Positions 29,718 through 39,042 of a stretch of 55,818 nt of DNA are shown in pieces. Within the stretch, counting starts at the first letter, position 1; each line of letters starts with the position of its first letter. The DNA is from a virus (Duplodnaviria; Caudoviricetes), in IMG/VR virus record IMGVR_UViG_3300042350_003432, positions 1 to 55,818 of that record. One strand, 5' to 3'. The notes beneath the pieces were generated by a model that was not told the origin of the DNA, did no database searches, and was given only the letters and a program-made list of their open reading frames with translations. The position numbers were made by a program, and so were the translations under genes.

Positions 29718-29761
29718 GAACTTATCAATCATGCTCAACCCTTAAAACAAGGAAATGACAA

Positions 29762-30274
29762 ATGACATTTGACATTAGCAAATACGCCGGACAAATCGCA
29801 CAAGCAACACAAGCCCGCGTCTCTCGTGAAAACATCGCCCAAGGTGATCACATTCTACAAATCGAAGGCGTCAAAGGCCTCACAAGTCAAAACGACGGTT
29901 CAGATTATATCATTATCGAGGCGTCTATTTACACAAGTAACACAATGAAGCCAGGCACACCAGTAAAGCACATGTACAAATTAACAGGCGTACCATCTTG
30001 GAAGCAAAAGGGCAATCTTGAAGCGCTCAAGTCTTTTGTTTGTTCTGTTTTGCCCCCTGAATTTCGTTCACAAGTTACGGCTGAAGTGGTGATCAATGCT
30101 TGCAATGGTGGCACTGAATCAGCGCTTGTAAATCATCAAGTTCGTTGTAGAGTCGTTGAAAAGAAAAGCAAACTTGATAAAGCGTTTCTTGAGACTAATT
30201 GGATGCCTGTAGATGGTGCATTGCCTCAAGCGGTAACAAACGATGATGATGACGCCAACGATTTACCATTCTAA
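29762..30274 (+). CDS. putative single-stranded DNA-binding protein
   Basis: OB-fold size; acidic tail DDDDANDLPF; between helicase and polymerase. Confidence 0.7.
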   Translation: MTFDISKYAGQIAQATQARVSRENIAQGDHILQIEGVKGLTSQNDGSDYIIIEASIYTSNTMKPGTPVKHMYKLTGVPSWKQKGNLEALKSFVCSVLPPEFRSQVTAEVVINACNGGTESALVNHQVRCRVVEKKSKLDKAFLETNWMPVDGALPQAVTNDDDDANDLPF

Positions 30275-30301
30275 AAGATTGAAAAATCTAAAAGAAATTT
30301 G

Positions 30302-30329
30302 TTGACAAAGTACAAAAAACAGCTAAAAT
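30302..30329 (+). promoter_or_regulatory. sigma70-type promoter for a small RNA
   Basis: TTGACA-16-TAAAAT with A-rich spacer like the other early promoters. Confidence 0.65.
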
Positions 30330-30335
30330 CAAAAC

Positions 30336-30396
30336 AACTCCGTAGTGGAGGTTAAGGCGTAGAAAAGCCCGAGCGTTAATTCGTTCGGGTTTTTTT
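30336..30396 (+). ncRNA. candidate ~60-nt small RNA
   Basis: Bounded by promoter and terminator; no ORF; 5' hairpin CUCC-GUAGU-GGAG. Confidence 0.5.
30363..30396 (+). terminator. intrinsic terminator
   Basis: CCCGAGCG-TTAATT-CGTTCGGG followed by T7. Confidence 0.85.
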
Positions 30397-30438
30397 ACAT
30401 TTAGGCCCGAAGATACATATTTTAATTATTTAAATTTA

Positions 30439-30467
30439 TTGACAATTTGAAGAACACAAGTTATTAT
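30439..30467 (+). promoter_or_regulatory. sigma70-type promoter for DNA polymerase
   Basis: TTGACA-17-TATTAT, AGGAG RBS downstream. Confidence 0.75.
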
Positions 30468-30500
30468 GGGACACCTTAGCCACACAACAGGAGAAAACCA

Positions 30501-32387
30501 ATGAAATATGTTGCTATTGATACCGAAACACATCTAATCGTTGATAACAATGTGCCCGCCCCTATTTGCTTGACCGCTTTTTTAATGGATGATCAAGATA
30601 ACACTGATTCATTTATTGCCCGCTTTGATGCTTCATTGTACACATGGTTAAAAAGTATCTTTCTAGACACCAGCCGAACAATCATCATGCACAACGCCGC
30701 TTTTGATCTATCTGTCATCTGTGCCGCGTATCCCACGCTCTACGCCCCAGTATTCAAGGCACTTCAAGAAGGTAGAGTACATGATACAGGTATCATCGAA
30801 AAATTGCATAAGATCGCACATGGGGGCGAGGGCGTAGGGATGATGGATGTAAATGGTTCAAAAGTATCTAAATTAAGCCTTGCCGGCCTTGTATACAAAT
30901 ACTTCATGATCGACATTACAGCCTCTAAACAGGCCGATTCCGTACGCTATAACTATGATTCACTTAGAAATCAATCCCTTGATATTTGGAGTCATGAGGC
31001 TAAGATTTATGCGGTTTATGATGCAATGTATACATTCCTTGTGTATCAAGTTCAGATGGTTCAAATTCCACAAGATGAGATCATGGGACACGCTAAACAA
31101 GTAGCCTACGATTTCGCTTTACGCTTGACCGGTTCGCATGGCATCTGTGTTGATCAATCAAAAGTAGAATCAGTAAAAAAGAACCTAGAGGATGCAATCA
31201 AAGAGACAGCAGCCCCCTTACTTGAAAAAGGTATCTTGAAGATTGAAAAGAATGAGATCAAAGAAAACAAGAGCATTTTGAAAGCAAAAGTACAAAGTGC
31301 ATATGAGAGCATGAAAAAAGAGATCAAGAAGACAAATTCGGGAGAAATTAGCATAGATAAGGGCGCATTAGAAGAGAGTGAAGATGCAGACCTGTTATCA
31401 CTCTTAGAATATAGGGAAGTAACTAAATTGCTAAGTACATATATTGATTCTGTTGAAATGGTCAATTTGCCCCTTATGGATGGTAGATTACGATGTGATT
31501 ATGAAGTCTTACAGGCAACAGGGCGCACCAGTTCAAAAGATCCTAATTTACAAAATTTGCCCCGTCGTGAAGGCATTCGTGATTGTTTTGTCCCTAGTAA
31601 TGGATTTGTATTTGTTGCATGTGATTATGACGCCGCCGAACTTAGAACACTTGCCCAATGCCACTACTCAATAACAGGCAAAGAAAGCCCCCTTTTAAGC
31701 ATGTATAAGAAAGATTCGGGGTTTGATCCTCATACTTGGTTTGCGTGCAAAATGCTTGGGATTACCTATGAAGAGGGCATGACTAGAAAAGCACAAGGCG
31801 ACAAAGAAATCAAGAAGCAACGACAAAGGGCGAAAGCTTGTAATTTCGGATTTCCAGGCGGTATGGGGGCAAGTTCCTTTATGGCATACGCTAAGGGGTA
31901 CGGCGTAACACTGACAAGAGACGAAGCGCAAGAGTTAAAGAATCAATGGTTTGACGCGTGGCAATTGTGGGATTGGCTAGATCATGCACAAGATGCACAA
32001 GATCAAGGATTTGTCATTATTCCACAGTCACAACGAAAGCGGGGGCGTGTATCATTTACGCAGGCCTGTAATACACCATTTCAAGGCTTGGCAAGCGACG
32101 GGGCAAAAGAAGCGCTATTTCGTGTTTCTTTTGAGTGTTTTGCTGATACTAAATCTTCTTTGTATGACTCTAGACCGGTTGTCTTTATTCATGATGAAAT
32201 TATTATTGAGTCGCCAGAACATAAGGCGCAGGCAGCATCTAGACGATTGCAAGAAGTCATGATTGAAGCAATGCAAGCATTTTGCCCCGATACACCTATT
32301 GAGGCATCACCAACGCTTATGCGCCAATGGTCAAAGAATGCAGAAAGTAAACTAGATAATAACGGGAACTATACGATTTGGGGCTAA
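30501..32387 (+). CDS. polA: DNA polymerase family A with 3'-5' exonuclease
   Basis: Exo DTET and HNAAFD; TGRTSS..PNLQN; motif A DYDAAELR; motif B RQRAKACNFG; motif C IHDE. Confidence 0.95.
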   Translation: MKYVAIDTETHLIVDNNVPAPICLTAFLMDDQDNTDSFIARFDASLYTWLKSIFLDTSRTIIMHNAAFDLSVICAAYPTLYAPVFKALQEGRVHDTGIIEKLHKIAHGGEGVGMMDVNGSKVSKLSLAGLVYKYFMIDITASKQADSVRYNYDSLRNQSLDIWSHEAKIYAVYDAMYTFLVYQVQMVQIPQDEIMGHAKQVAYDFALRLTGSHGICVDQSKVESVKKNLEDAIKETAAPLLEKGILKIEKNEIKENKSILKAKVQSAYESMKKEIKKTNSGEISIDKGALEESEDADLLSLLEYREVTKLLSTYIDSVEMVNLPLMDGRLRCDYEVLQATGRTSSKDPNLQNLPRREGIRDCFVPSNGFVFVACDYDAAELRTLAQCHYSITGKESPLLSMYKKDSGFDPHTWFACKMLGITYEEGMTRKAQGDKEIKKQRQRAKACNFGFPGGMGASSFMAYAKGYGVTLTRDEAQELKNQWFDAWQLWDWLDHAQDAQDQGFVIIPQSQRKRGRVSFTQACNTPFQGLASDGAKEALFRVSFECFADTKSSLYDSRPVVFIHDEIIIESPEHKAQAASRRLQEVMIEAMQAFCPDTPIEASPTLMRQWSKNAESKLDNNGNYTIWG

Positions 32388-32675
32388 TTAAATATTTTTC
32401 TTTTGTTGTAGGTTTACTAATCGTTCTTCAATCCTACCAAGTAAAACCTTGATATCTGAAATTTCTGACACTAATTTATCTTGCTTAGTATCCATTGATC
32501 TAATCTCTTGATCAATAGAAACATGTTTATCATTTAAACTCTTTAACTCTTGTTCAAGGCGTACCAATCTTTGTTCTTTATCGCTAAGAGATTTGTAAAT
32601 AGGATAGACAGAAGAAATCAAGGTAGATAGGCCGGCGATTGAAATTGTGATTGTTTGATTATCCATTTTGCTCAT
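32388..32675 (-). CDS. putative holin-like membrane protein
   Basis: N-terminal hydrophobic helix and coiled coil; ATGA overlap with endolysin stop. Confidence 0.45.
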   Translation of the reverse strand: MSKMDNQTITISIAGLSTLISSVYPIYKSLSDKEQRLVRLEQELKSLNDKHVSIDQEIRSMDTKQDKLVSEISDIKVLLGRIEERLVNLQQKKNI

Positions 32676-33151
32676 CCCTTCCACTGTGTGAGAGTGCCAC
32701 GAATATCATAATGAACAAAGTTTTCATAGATACCTACGCCGCCCTGTTTCATCTTGCCTTGATCAATAAGTTTCAAGATTGTTTGTTGAACTTGTGCGGG
32801 CGTTAAACCTTCAATTCTAATATCAGACGCCTTCGCTTGTAGGTGCTGACTATTCTTTGAACCTTTACACTGTGTATTTAGCTTTTGATCACGATAGCCC
32901 CCGCCAGGAATGATCTTGATGGGGCGCTTTACTTCGTTTCTAAGTACTTGTAAATTTTCAAGTAACTCTTGGGCATTGTCTAGTAATTCGCTAGGGATTT
33001 CGCATGAGTACTCTAATTCTTTGATTGAAAAGTTTTCAGTGCCTAGTTTCTTATCTACCAAGGGCACAGAATCCGCCGGCAATTGCTCCGATGGTGCTAA
33101 ATCCAAGATTGAGGTATTCAGAGACTTTGATATTTTTGTTCTCGCAGCCAT
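32672..33151 (-). CDS. endolysin, peptidase M15A family
   Basis: GYR...N, SQHLQAKASD, GVGIY.NFVHYD Zn-peptidase motifs. Confidence 0.9.
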   Translation of the reverse strand: MAARTKISKSLNTSILDLAPSEQLPADSVPLVDKKLGTENFSIKELEYSCEIPSELLDNAQELLENLQVLRNEVKRPIKIIPGGGYRDQKLNTQCKGSKNSQHLQAKASDIRIEGLTPAQVQQTILKLIDQGKMKQGGVGIYENFVHYDIRGTLTQWKG

Positions 33152-33329
33152 TTAGTTTGTCCTTTAGTTCGTCATTTTGTTGTGTTAATTGTCTATTCTC
33201 TTCTTTTAGTCTATTTATTTCAAGTTTCAAGTTTCTAAGTTCTTGAGCAAATAGCTTGATCAATGCATCATCATCTTGAGCTTGAATAGGTGATAAGAAG
33301 ATTAGTGTAAAAAATACTATGTTTTTCAT
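33051..33329 (-). CDS. secreted/membrane coiled-coil protein (possible spanin-like)
   Basis: Signal-peptide-like N-terminus, coiled coil, hydrophobic C-terminus; overlaps endolysin start. Confidence 0.45.
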   Translation of the reverse strand: MKNIVFFTLIFLSPIQAQDDDALIKLFAQELRNLKLEINRLKEENRQLTQQNDELKDKLNGCENKNIKVSEYLNLGFSTIGAIAGGFCALGR

Positions 33330-33330
33330 T

Positions 33331-34248
33331 TTAGGCCTTTACATAGCCCTCATTTGATACCGGTACTTCTACCCATCGTATGCCTGTCCATACCCATTTC
33401 CAAGCAACACGCCCGCCCATATCTTTATTGTTACCTGCCGCGCCAGTAGAACCAACAACCGAACTAATTAGAGTTTGAGATGTTGGGGGGCTTGTGATTG
33501 TGATCGCCGCCGTTGTTGAATTATTTAATTGAAAAAATCCGAACCAGTCCCCAACCTGTGAAGGAATCGGGGCGTAAAAAGTTTGTGTGAGCGCTGTTGT
33601 ATTCACCCAAAATTTATTCAAAGTTTCAGCGGGCATCTGTTGCGCTCCGCCCCAAGATGCTATGCTATTTGTTGCGTCTAGTGTACTAACTACCGGATTA
33701 ACATATGACGCAACCTCAATCGCATAAATATCTATATGTGACTTATGAGACGTTGTAAGGGCGGTTGTTGTTTGTTGGTTATCAAAATAAACATTGCCCA
33801 TACTTGCCCAGCCTGCGCCCCTAGCAACAATTTTTAGAGTCTTAGAGGATGCTGAACAGTCTACAAAGCGTAAGCCCCTATAAGATGCGTTTGACCCTGT
33901 GGGCTGATCGCTCACATAATGACTTTGAAACCTTGGGACTGTGTCCACGCCGTCAATATTCCAAGTAAAATAAGGCGTGGCTACATATGTACTCCCTGAA
34001 GAATAATACATATAAGGATCAAGAAGAAAATAGTAACCTTGAGGCAAAACAAGACCATCTACAGATGTTGAAACGCCTTCAATGTACTTGCCCACAAAAT
34101 GAACCTGTCTTGTAAAGAATTGATGGACCTCTACACCGTCTAAAATGCGGGGGTTATATGTGGGATCTTGTACACCGGCCACAGAGTCAAAACCTGTTTC
34201 AAGTGTGAAGATTGATTGATTTGTGGATTGAATAGGAATATGTGACAT
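33331..34248 (-). CDS. putative tail fibre / receptor-binding accessory protein
   Basis: GGGAGG RBS before ATG 34248; S/T/G/aromatic beta-rich; in fibre cluster. Confidence 0.55.
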   Translation of the reverse strand: MSHIPIQSTNQSIFTLETGFDSVAGVQDPTYNPRILDGVEVHQFFTRQVHFVGKYIEGVSTSVDGLVLPQGYYFLLDPYMYYSSGSTYVATPYFTWNIDGVDTVPRFQSHYVSDQPTGSNASYRGLRFVDCSASSKTLKIVARGAGWASMGNVYFDNQQTTTALTTSHKSHIDIYAIEVASYVNPVVSTLDATNSIASWGGAQQMPAETLNKFWVNTTALTQTFYAPIPSQVGDWFGFFQLNNSTTAAITITSPPTSQTLISSVVGSTGAAGNNKDMGGRVAWKWVWTGIRWVEVPVSNEGYVKA

Positions 34249-34249
34249 A

Positions 34250-34645
34250 CTACACCTCCCATTCAATGCGCATGGTTGCGGTACTGCCTGTGGTTGTATT
34301 CCAACTATCCATTCCGTAGTAATCACAAGAGGCAACGCCCTTTGAAAATGGGGGATACCATCGTTGGACAACCGCCGTAGGACTTCCAAGCCACATAGAT
34401 TTATTTGGCAACAAGTCGGCGCCTGTCAATGTTCTTTGAAAATTGTAAGAAAAACCTGTTGTTCCCGCCCCGCCAGTATCCGGAATAAGCCGAAGCATCG
34501 TTTTATTAAAAGTATTACGATAGACTACATACGGACCGGAAACAATCCTATGACTTGTAGTCATATTAGGATACACACTAGACGAATTCCCGCAAAAAAT
34601 TTGTACATATTTTGAATTGCGAGATGTTGAACCTTCATAACTCAT
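34250..34645 (-). CDS. hypothetical protein in fibre cluster
   Basis: GGAGG RBS; coupled to neighbours. Confidence 0.6.
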   Translation of the reverse strand: MSYEGSTSRNSKYVQIFCGNSSSVYPNMTTSHRIVSGPYVVYRNTFNKTMLRLIPDTGGAGTTGFSYNFQRTLTGADLLPNKSMWLGSPTAVVQRWYPPFSKGVASCDYYGMDSWNTTTGSTATMRIEWEV

Positions 34646-35067
34646 AGCGGAAACCTCCATATTAAAAGAGAAGAAGATGTGCTTTCATAAAAAGATGCGC
34701 CCATTTGAATTTCACAATCGCAAGGGGCATCAAAGACGACAGACGCTTCATGTGTCTGAACATTGTATGTACCCCCAACATCAGATGTGACTTCTCTTGA
34801 AACTAGATAATTTGATGTTACAGATGAACCGCCTGTAAACCTCACAACACTAAAAGTGGTAGATCTAAGTGCTGTTGTTGTGTTAGACGATGCCCAATTC
34901 CATACAACCATGTAACGAAAACCACCTTCAAGAGTCACATAATAGCCATTAATAGTAGGCGTAAAAGTTCCCCCTTGTATTTGCCAAGCAAAATTAATGC
35001 CAGTTCCTGCACGATTGAGAACACAAAAGCCCGCATGCCCTGTAAAGTCTTTGATTAAGAAACTCAT
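34642..35067 (-). CDS. hypothetical beta-rich protein in fibre cluster
   Basis: Directly after fibre gene, AAGGA RBS. Confidence 0.6.
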   Translation of the reverse strand: MSFLIKDFTGHAGFCVLNRAGTGINFAWQIQGGTFTPTINGYYVTLEGGFRYMVVWNWASSNTTTALRSTTFSVVRFTGGSSVTSNYLVSREVTSDVGGTYNVQTHEASVVFDAPCDCEIQMGASFYESTSSSLLIWRFPL

Positions 35068-35076
35068 AGAAAATCC

Positions 35077-38000
35077 TTATAGAATGATCCAGGCTGAACC
35101 GGTTGACTGTAAAGTCAATGCGGAATATTGTTGAATCATATCCGTACCACTTGTTAAACCGTCAATCGCAACCCCAGTACTAGGCGTAATTAATACATAG
35201 AACGAAGTTAATTTTTTAAAGTTTAACTTCATCCCTTTATTGCCTGCGCTAGGTACGATATTGGTTAGATTTACGGTTGAATTGGCGGTAGGACTAAGAA
35301 GATAGGTTACTTCAAGCGTGCCGGCGCTAGGTTCTGCGGGGGTATAGATATTTGAAACAAAAGTAGCGTTTAGCACATCAGGCAAAGAACCACCACCACC
35401 GCCCCCGCTAATTGTGCCAGGTTTCCATAATGAACTTGCGCTTTCCCATACTAGCGCCTGTCCATTGGTTGGGGCTGTTGTGGCTGTGTCAACATCTGAA
35501 AGCGCATTGACAGAAAAACCGGCAAGAGAGACAACGGCGTCAATTCTTGATGCGCCTGTGTTATTTGTGAATGTTATCCCTGTATTTGTTGCGTTGCCAC
35601 TAGCAAGACCGGCGCCGGCGGCGCTTCGTGCTAGTGCGTCTGTGTACTGTGTCAATGTTGTACTAATAACACCAGTAGCGGAAGTAAACACGATCGGGGC
35701 CGTTGCGCTTAGTAAACTTCGCACATTTGTTGCGCTTGCGTACTTGTTTGTAGAACCTTCGGTCAAGTCGTCTGTGGTTCTAATTGCCCGATCATTTGTG
35801 TTTGTGACTTCCCAAGATACCGTAGAGGTTGTAGTATCCTTGGCGGTGCATCTAAAGACATATTCACCAGAAGAACGCAAAGAGGCTAAACTATTTGTAC
35901 TTGTTGTATTGTTATAATAAAAAGTCGCTGTGTAATTATTCGCGGGGCGTGTGATTGTGAATGCACCAGTTCCACGAATACGCAAATAAATGAGATCGCC
36001 TAGATTTGTATTTGCAAAACTAGGAATTCTAATGCTCCAATTCCCCGAACTATTCATCAAATGGTAAAATCCAGAAGTCATAGAACTATTATCAGCGGTT
36101 AATGCAATGATGCCCATATTACCATTTGACAAAAGACTTTCAGTATTATCAATCACGATAAAATCAGTAGCTTGAACAACGCCCCCCGAAACATTAGCAA
36201 TAAAGACAATTTGATCATTAGCTGTTAATGTTACGCCGGCAAGAGTCCCGCTAGTCGATACTTGATAAAAGAATCCTTTTTTCGCATTTGCAAGACTTGG
36301 CACCGCTGTTGCTGCGTTATATGTACCTTGATAAATAAGCGCACCATTTGCCCCGATGGTTGATTGTACATTTGCAATCGCTGAATCAACATACTTTGAA
36401 TTTACGCCCTTGGTTGAATTGTCATTGGCGCTTAGATCGGGCAAAATAGGTGACGCCGAAAAAGTCTTTGTTCCTGCAATTGTTTGATCTGTTGTCATTC
36501 GTACGAAATCGCTTGAGTCTAAGCCATCAAGTAAATCAGCATCTAGCCCGCTTCCTGAACCGTCAACAGTCTTGATCTTTGTTAGTACGTCGTTCGCTGT
36601 ATAACTTGTACTATCAAGCTTGCCCGCTAGTCCATTATCAACATATGTAGTAGTCGCAAAGGTCAAAGCGCTTGTTTCTAGTGTGTCTACGCGGGAATCT
36701 AAAGCGTCTGTGATACCGGTAACATAGAGTTTGACTGTTGGCGCATCGGGCGCTTTGGTTGCATCATCAATATCATTTGTTACGGTGGCGCTTAAAGCTC
36801 TTGAATCGGTGAAATAAAGTTTAGATGCTTCACCTTGCGCCCCTACGCCTTCGCTAATGTCTCCAGTGTATAAAGTAACGTCGCCAATTTGTCCATTTAC
36901 TTGGTTAACAGGTGATGAAGAGTTATATAACTTAATCCACGAAGGACCATCGGAATCATAGATATAATTCCCATTGTTTGAGGGCGTGGGATCATCTACC
37001 ACGATCGCAACGTCGCCGGTATTGATTCCGGTCAAGGCGTCTCGTTCTGCAATGGTTTGAACTACATATGGCTTAGTTAATGCAAGAGGCGGAATATGGT
37101 GATTAGGAATATAGCCGTTTGCGTCTAGTTCAGCGACACCATTCGCCACGCCCTTATCAGAAGTTCTAAGAAGCTGCGCTGAATCGGTTAATTGCGTGCT
37201 AGCGGTTACCAAGGTTGGTTTGTCTCTTAGTTCGGTATAACTACCGGTGAAAGAAGTTTCTACACCTAAAGCACTAATGAAATTCGCTGAAGTGGTGAAG
37301 GTTTTTACTGTGTTATTTGAATATCCGGTACGCCCTACAATGGCTACGCCACTCGTCAAATTAGTTTGTAGTGTGTTTAGTCCGCTACATTCTGAAACAA
37401 TGATTAGGAATGGCGATGCAACATTTGAAGGGATAATACGAAGATTATTCAGTGAGCAACGATTAAAGTAGATTGTGCAATTTGTGATATTTGAAATCAG
37501 AATGTTTTGGCTTGCAAATTCGCAATCTGTAAAGGTCATAAAGGTAGCGCTTGAGTCTGTCACGCCGTCAATAGTGAGACCTCCTAAAAAGTCAACACGA
37601 TTAAAGATATGGCGGCCCTTAGTCCCTGTAATGCTAGCCGCACCCTCAATTTGCAAGTTAGTAATGCGAATGCGTTCACTTGTCCCGCTGATTGAAAGAC
37701 CACGCCCGCCCGCTAGTTCACAAATTGTGTTGCCTACTTCGGGGCAAACGATACCTAAATTAACTTTGTTTTCAATAGACAAAGTAGCCCCACCATACGA
37801 ACCGGCGGAAGCATAGATAACATTCCCTTGATCAGCTCCAATTTCATTGATCACCGCTTGAAAATCGTTTAGGCCGTCGTTTACATAGTATGAGTTACTA
37901 TGTAAATGATGAGCTTCTACATCATCTAAACGAAGATCAAGGGCGTTGTCTGCATTGGTCCTATTAGTGATCTCACTTTGTAAATCAGCCTCTAAAGCTC

Positions 38001-38688
38001 TAAGATCAACGCCGGCGGTTAGTGTGAGAATGTCCGCTTGTAGGTTGTCAATATCCGCTTCCGCTGTGGTTACTCTTGCCGCCAAGTCTGTCACAGATTG
38101 AGAAGATGCCTTGTTTGATAAATCAGTTTGTAGGTTATCAATATCTGTTTCAGCGCTTGTCACTCTTGTTGCTAAGTCTGTCACAGATTGAGAAGATGCC
38201 TTGTTTGATAGATCAGTTTGTAGGTTATCAATATCTGTTTCAGCGCTTGTCAATCGTGTATCAAGTCCGCTTACTTGCCCGTCTAGTGTGCTTACTTGCC
38301 CTTCTAGCGTGCTTACTTGCCCTTCTAGCGTGCTTACTCTTGTATCAAGTGCATTGTCACCATTTGTTCTATTAGTGATTTCTGTTGCTAAGTCTGTTTC
38401 AAGAGTTTGTAAACCTAGTTCAAGGCTTGCGGAAGCGCTATCATACGCCGTATTAAAGCGTGTTTGTGTCCAGTAAAGATTTGTCCCTTCAGGCATGTTT
38501 GAAGTAGTCATTGAAACATTGCCATTTACATCCGGAAGAATTCCATTGACTGAATCTACATCACCTTGACCAAGCCCACCAGGGATTTGATCAGCGGGAA
38601 TTTTGCCAGTTTCGTCTAGTGTGGCAACCCCGCCCGCTTGTCCCTTTTCTGATTCGGGAATACCTTTGTTCTTGTAAAGAGTAGCCAT
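35077..38688 (-). CDS. long tail fibre / tail spike protein
   Basis: 1203 aa; GVA.LD..GKIP (x2), V.SVNG..G.V, EG.TNLY.T, GSGLDADLLDG, DQTIAG.KTF fibre motifs; heptad repeats; beta-helix-like region. Confidence 0.85.
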   Translation of the reverse strand: MATLYKNKGIPESEKGQAGGVATLDETGKIPADQIPGGLGQGDVDSVNGILPDVNGNVSMTTSNMPEGTNLYWTQTRFNTAYDSASASLELGLQTLETDLATEITNRTNGDNALDTRVSTLEGQVSTLEGQVSTLDGQVSGLDTRLTSAETDIDNLQTDLSNKASSQSVTDLATRVTSAETDIDNLQTDLSNKASSQSVTDLAARVTTAEADIDNLQADILTLTAGVDLRALEADLQSEITNRTNADNALDLRLDDVEAHHLHSNSYYVNDGLNDFQAVINEIGADQGNVIYASAGSYGGATLSIENKVNLGIVCPEVGNTICELAGGRGLSISGTSERIRITNLQIEGAASITGTKGRHIFNRVDFLGGLTIDGVTDSSATFMTFTDCEFASQNILISNITNCTIYFNRCSLNNLRIIPSNVASPFLIIVSECSGLNTLQTNLTSGVAIVGRTGYSNNTVKTFTTSANFISALGVETSFTGSYTELRDKPTLVTASTQLTDSAQLLRTSDKGVANGVAELDANGYIPNHHIPPLALTKPYVVQTIAERDALTGINTGDVAIVVDDPTPSNNGNYIYDSDGPSWIKLYNSSSPVNQVNGQIGDVTLYTGDISEGVGAQGEASKLYFTDSRALSATVTNDIDDATKAPDAPTVKLYVTGITDALDSRVDTLETSALTFATTTYVDNGLAGKLDSTSYTANDVLTKIKTVDGSGSGLDADLLDGLDSSDFVRMTTDQTIAGTKTFSASPILPDLSANDNSTKGVNSKYVDSAIANVQSTIGANGALIYQGTYNAATAVPSLANAKKGFFYQVSTSGTLAGVTLTANDQIVFIANVSGGVVQATDFIVIDNTESLLSNGNMGIIALTADNSSMTSGFYHLMNSSGNWSIRIPSFANTNLGDLIYLRIRGTGAFTITRPANNYTATFYYNNTTSTNSLASLRSSGEYVFRCTAKDTTTSTVSWEVTNTNDRAIRTTDDLTEGSTNKYASATNVRSLLSATAPIVFTSATGVISTTLTQYTDALARSAAGAGLASGNATNTGITFTNNTGASRIDAVVSLAGFSVNALSDVDTATTAPTNGQALVWESASSLWKPGTISGGGGGGSLPDVLNATFVSNIYTPAEPSAGTLEVTYLLSPTANSTVNLTNIVPSAGNKGMKLNFKKLTSFYVLITPSTGVAIDGLTSGTDMIQQYSALTLQSTGSAWIIL
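38037..38337 (-). repeat. tandem 90-bp and 21-bp coding repeats in fibre coiled coil
   Basis: TSAETDIDNLQTDLSNKASSQSVTDLA.RV x2 plus a partial copy (units at 38084 and 38174); VSTLEGQ x3. Confidence 0.85.
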
Positions 38689-39003
38689 TTAAATACCTCG
38701 TTCCCATGCTGTCAATGTGGCTGTTACTTCGTCTAAATTGTCATTGAAGATTACTTTCACTTGCTCAAATAAAGGGGCATCTTTGCCGGCGATCATCACT
38801 GTATCAAGTTCACTTGCTCCTAAGATATGAGACTTAAAGTCACTTTCACCACAGGGCAAAATGTAAACGTCAAAAGTGCCCCCGCCAAGATTACTACATG
38901 AAACTTGAACATTTGAGGGATAGCGGGCAAAGTCTACACGTGAATTGCTGCGTGTAAAAGTTACTTGATTTATATCAGTTAACTTCGTTGTTTGGTAAGT
39001 CAT
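38689..39003 (-). CDS. hypothetical protein
   Basis: AAGGAG RBS; between terL and fibre. Confidence 0.7.
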   Translation of the reverse strand: MTYQTTKLTDINQVTFTRSNSRVDFARYPSNVQVSCSNLGGGTFDVYILPCGESDFKSHILGASELDTVMIAGKDAPLFEQVKVIFNDNLDEVTATLTAWERGI

Positions 39004-39042
39004 AATTGTTTCTCCTTCTTATTGATCATAGTATCTTGTTAT

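Noticed and set aside
35414-38476. Several + strand ORFs (up to 167 aa) antisense to the fibre gene
   Set aside because: Shadow frames of a repetitive T/A/S-rich gene; no RBS or motifs.
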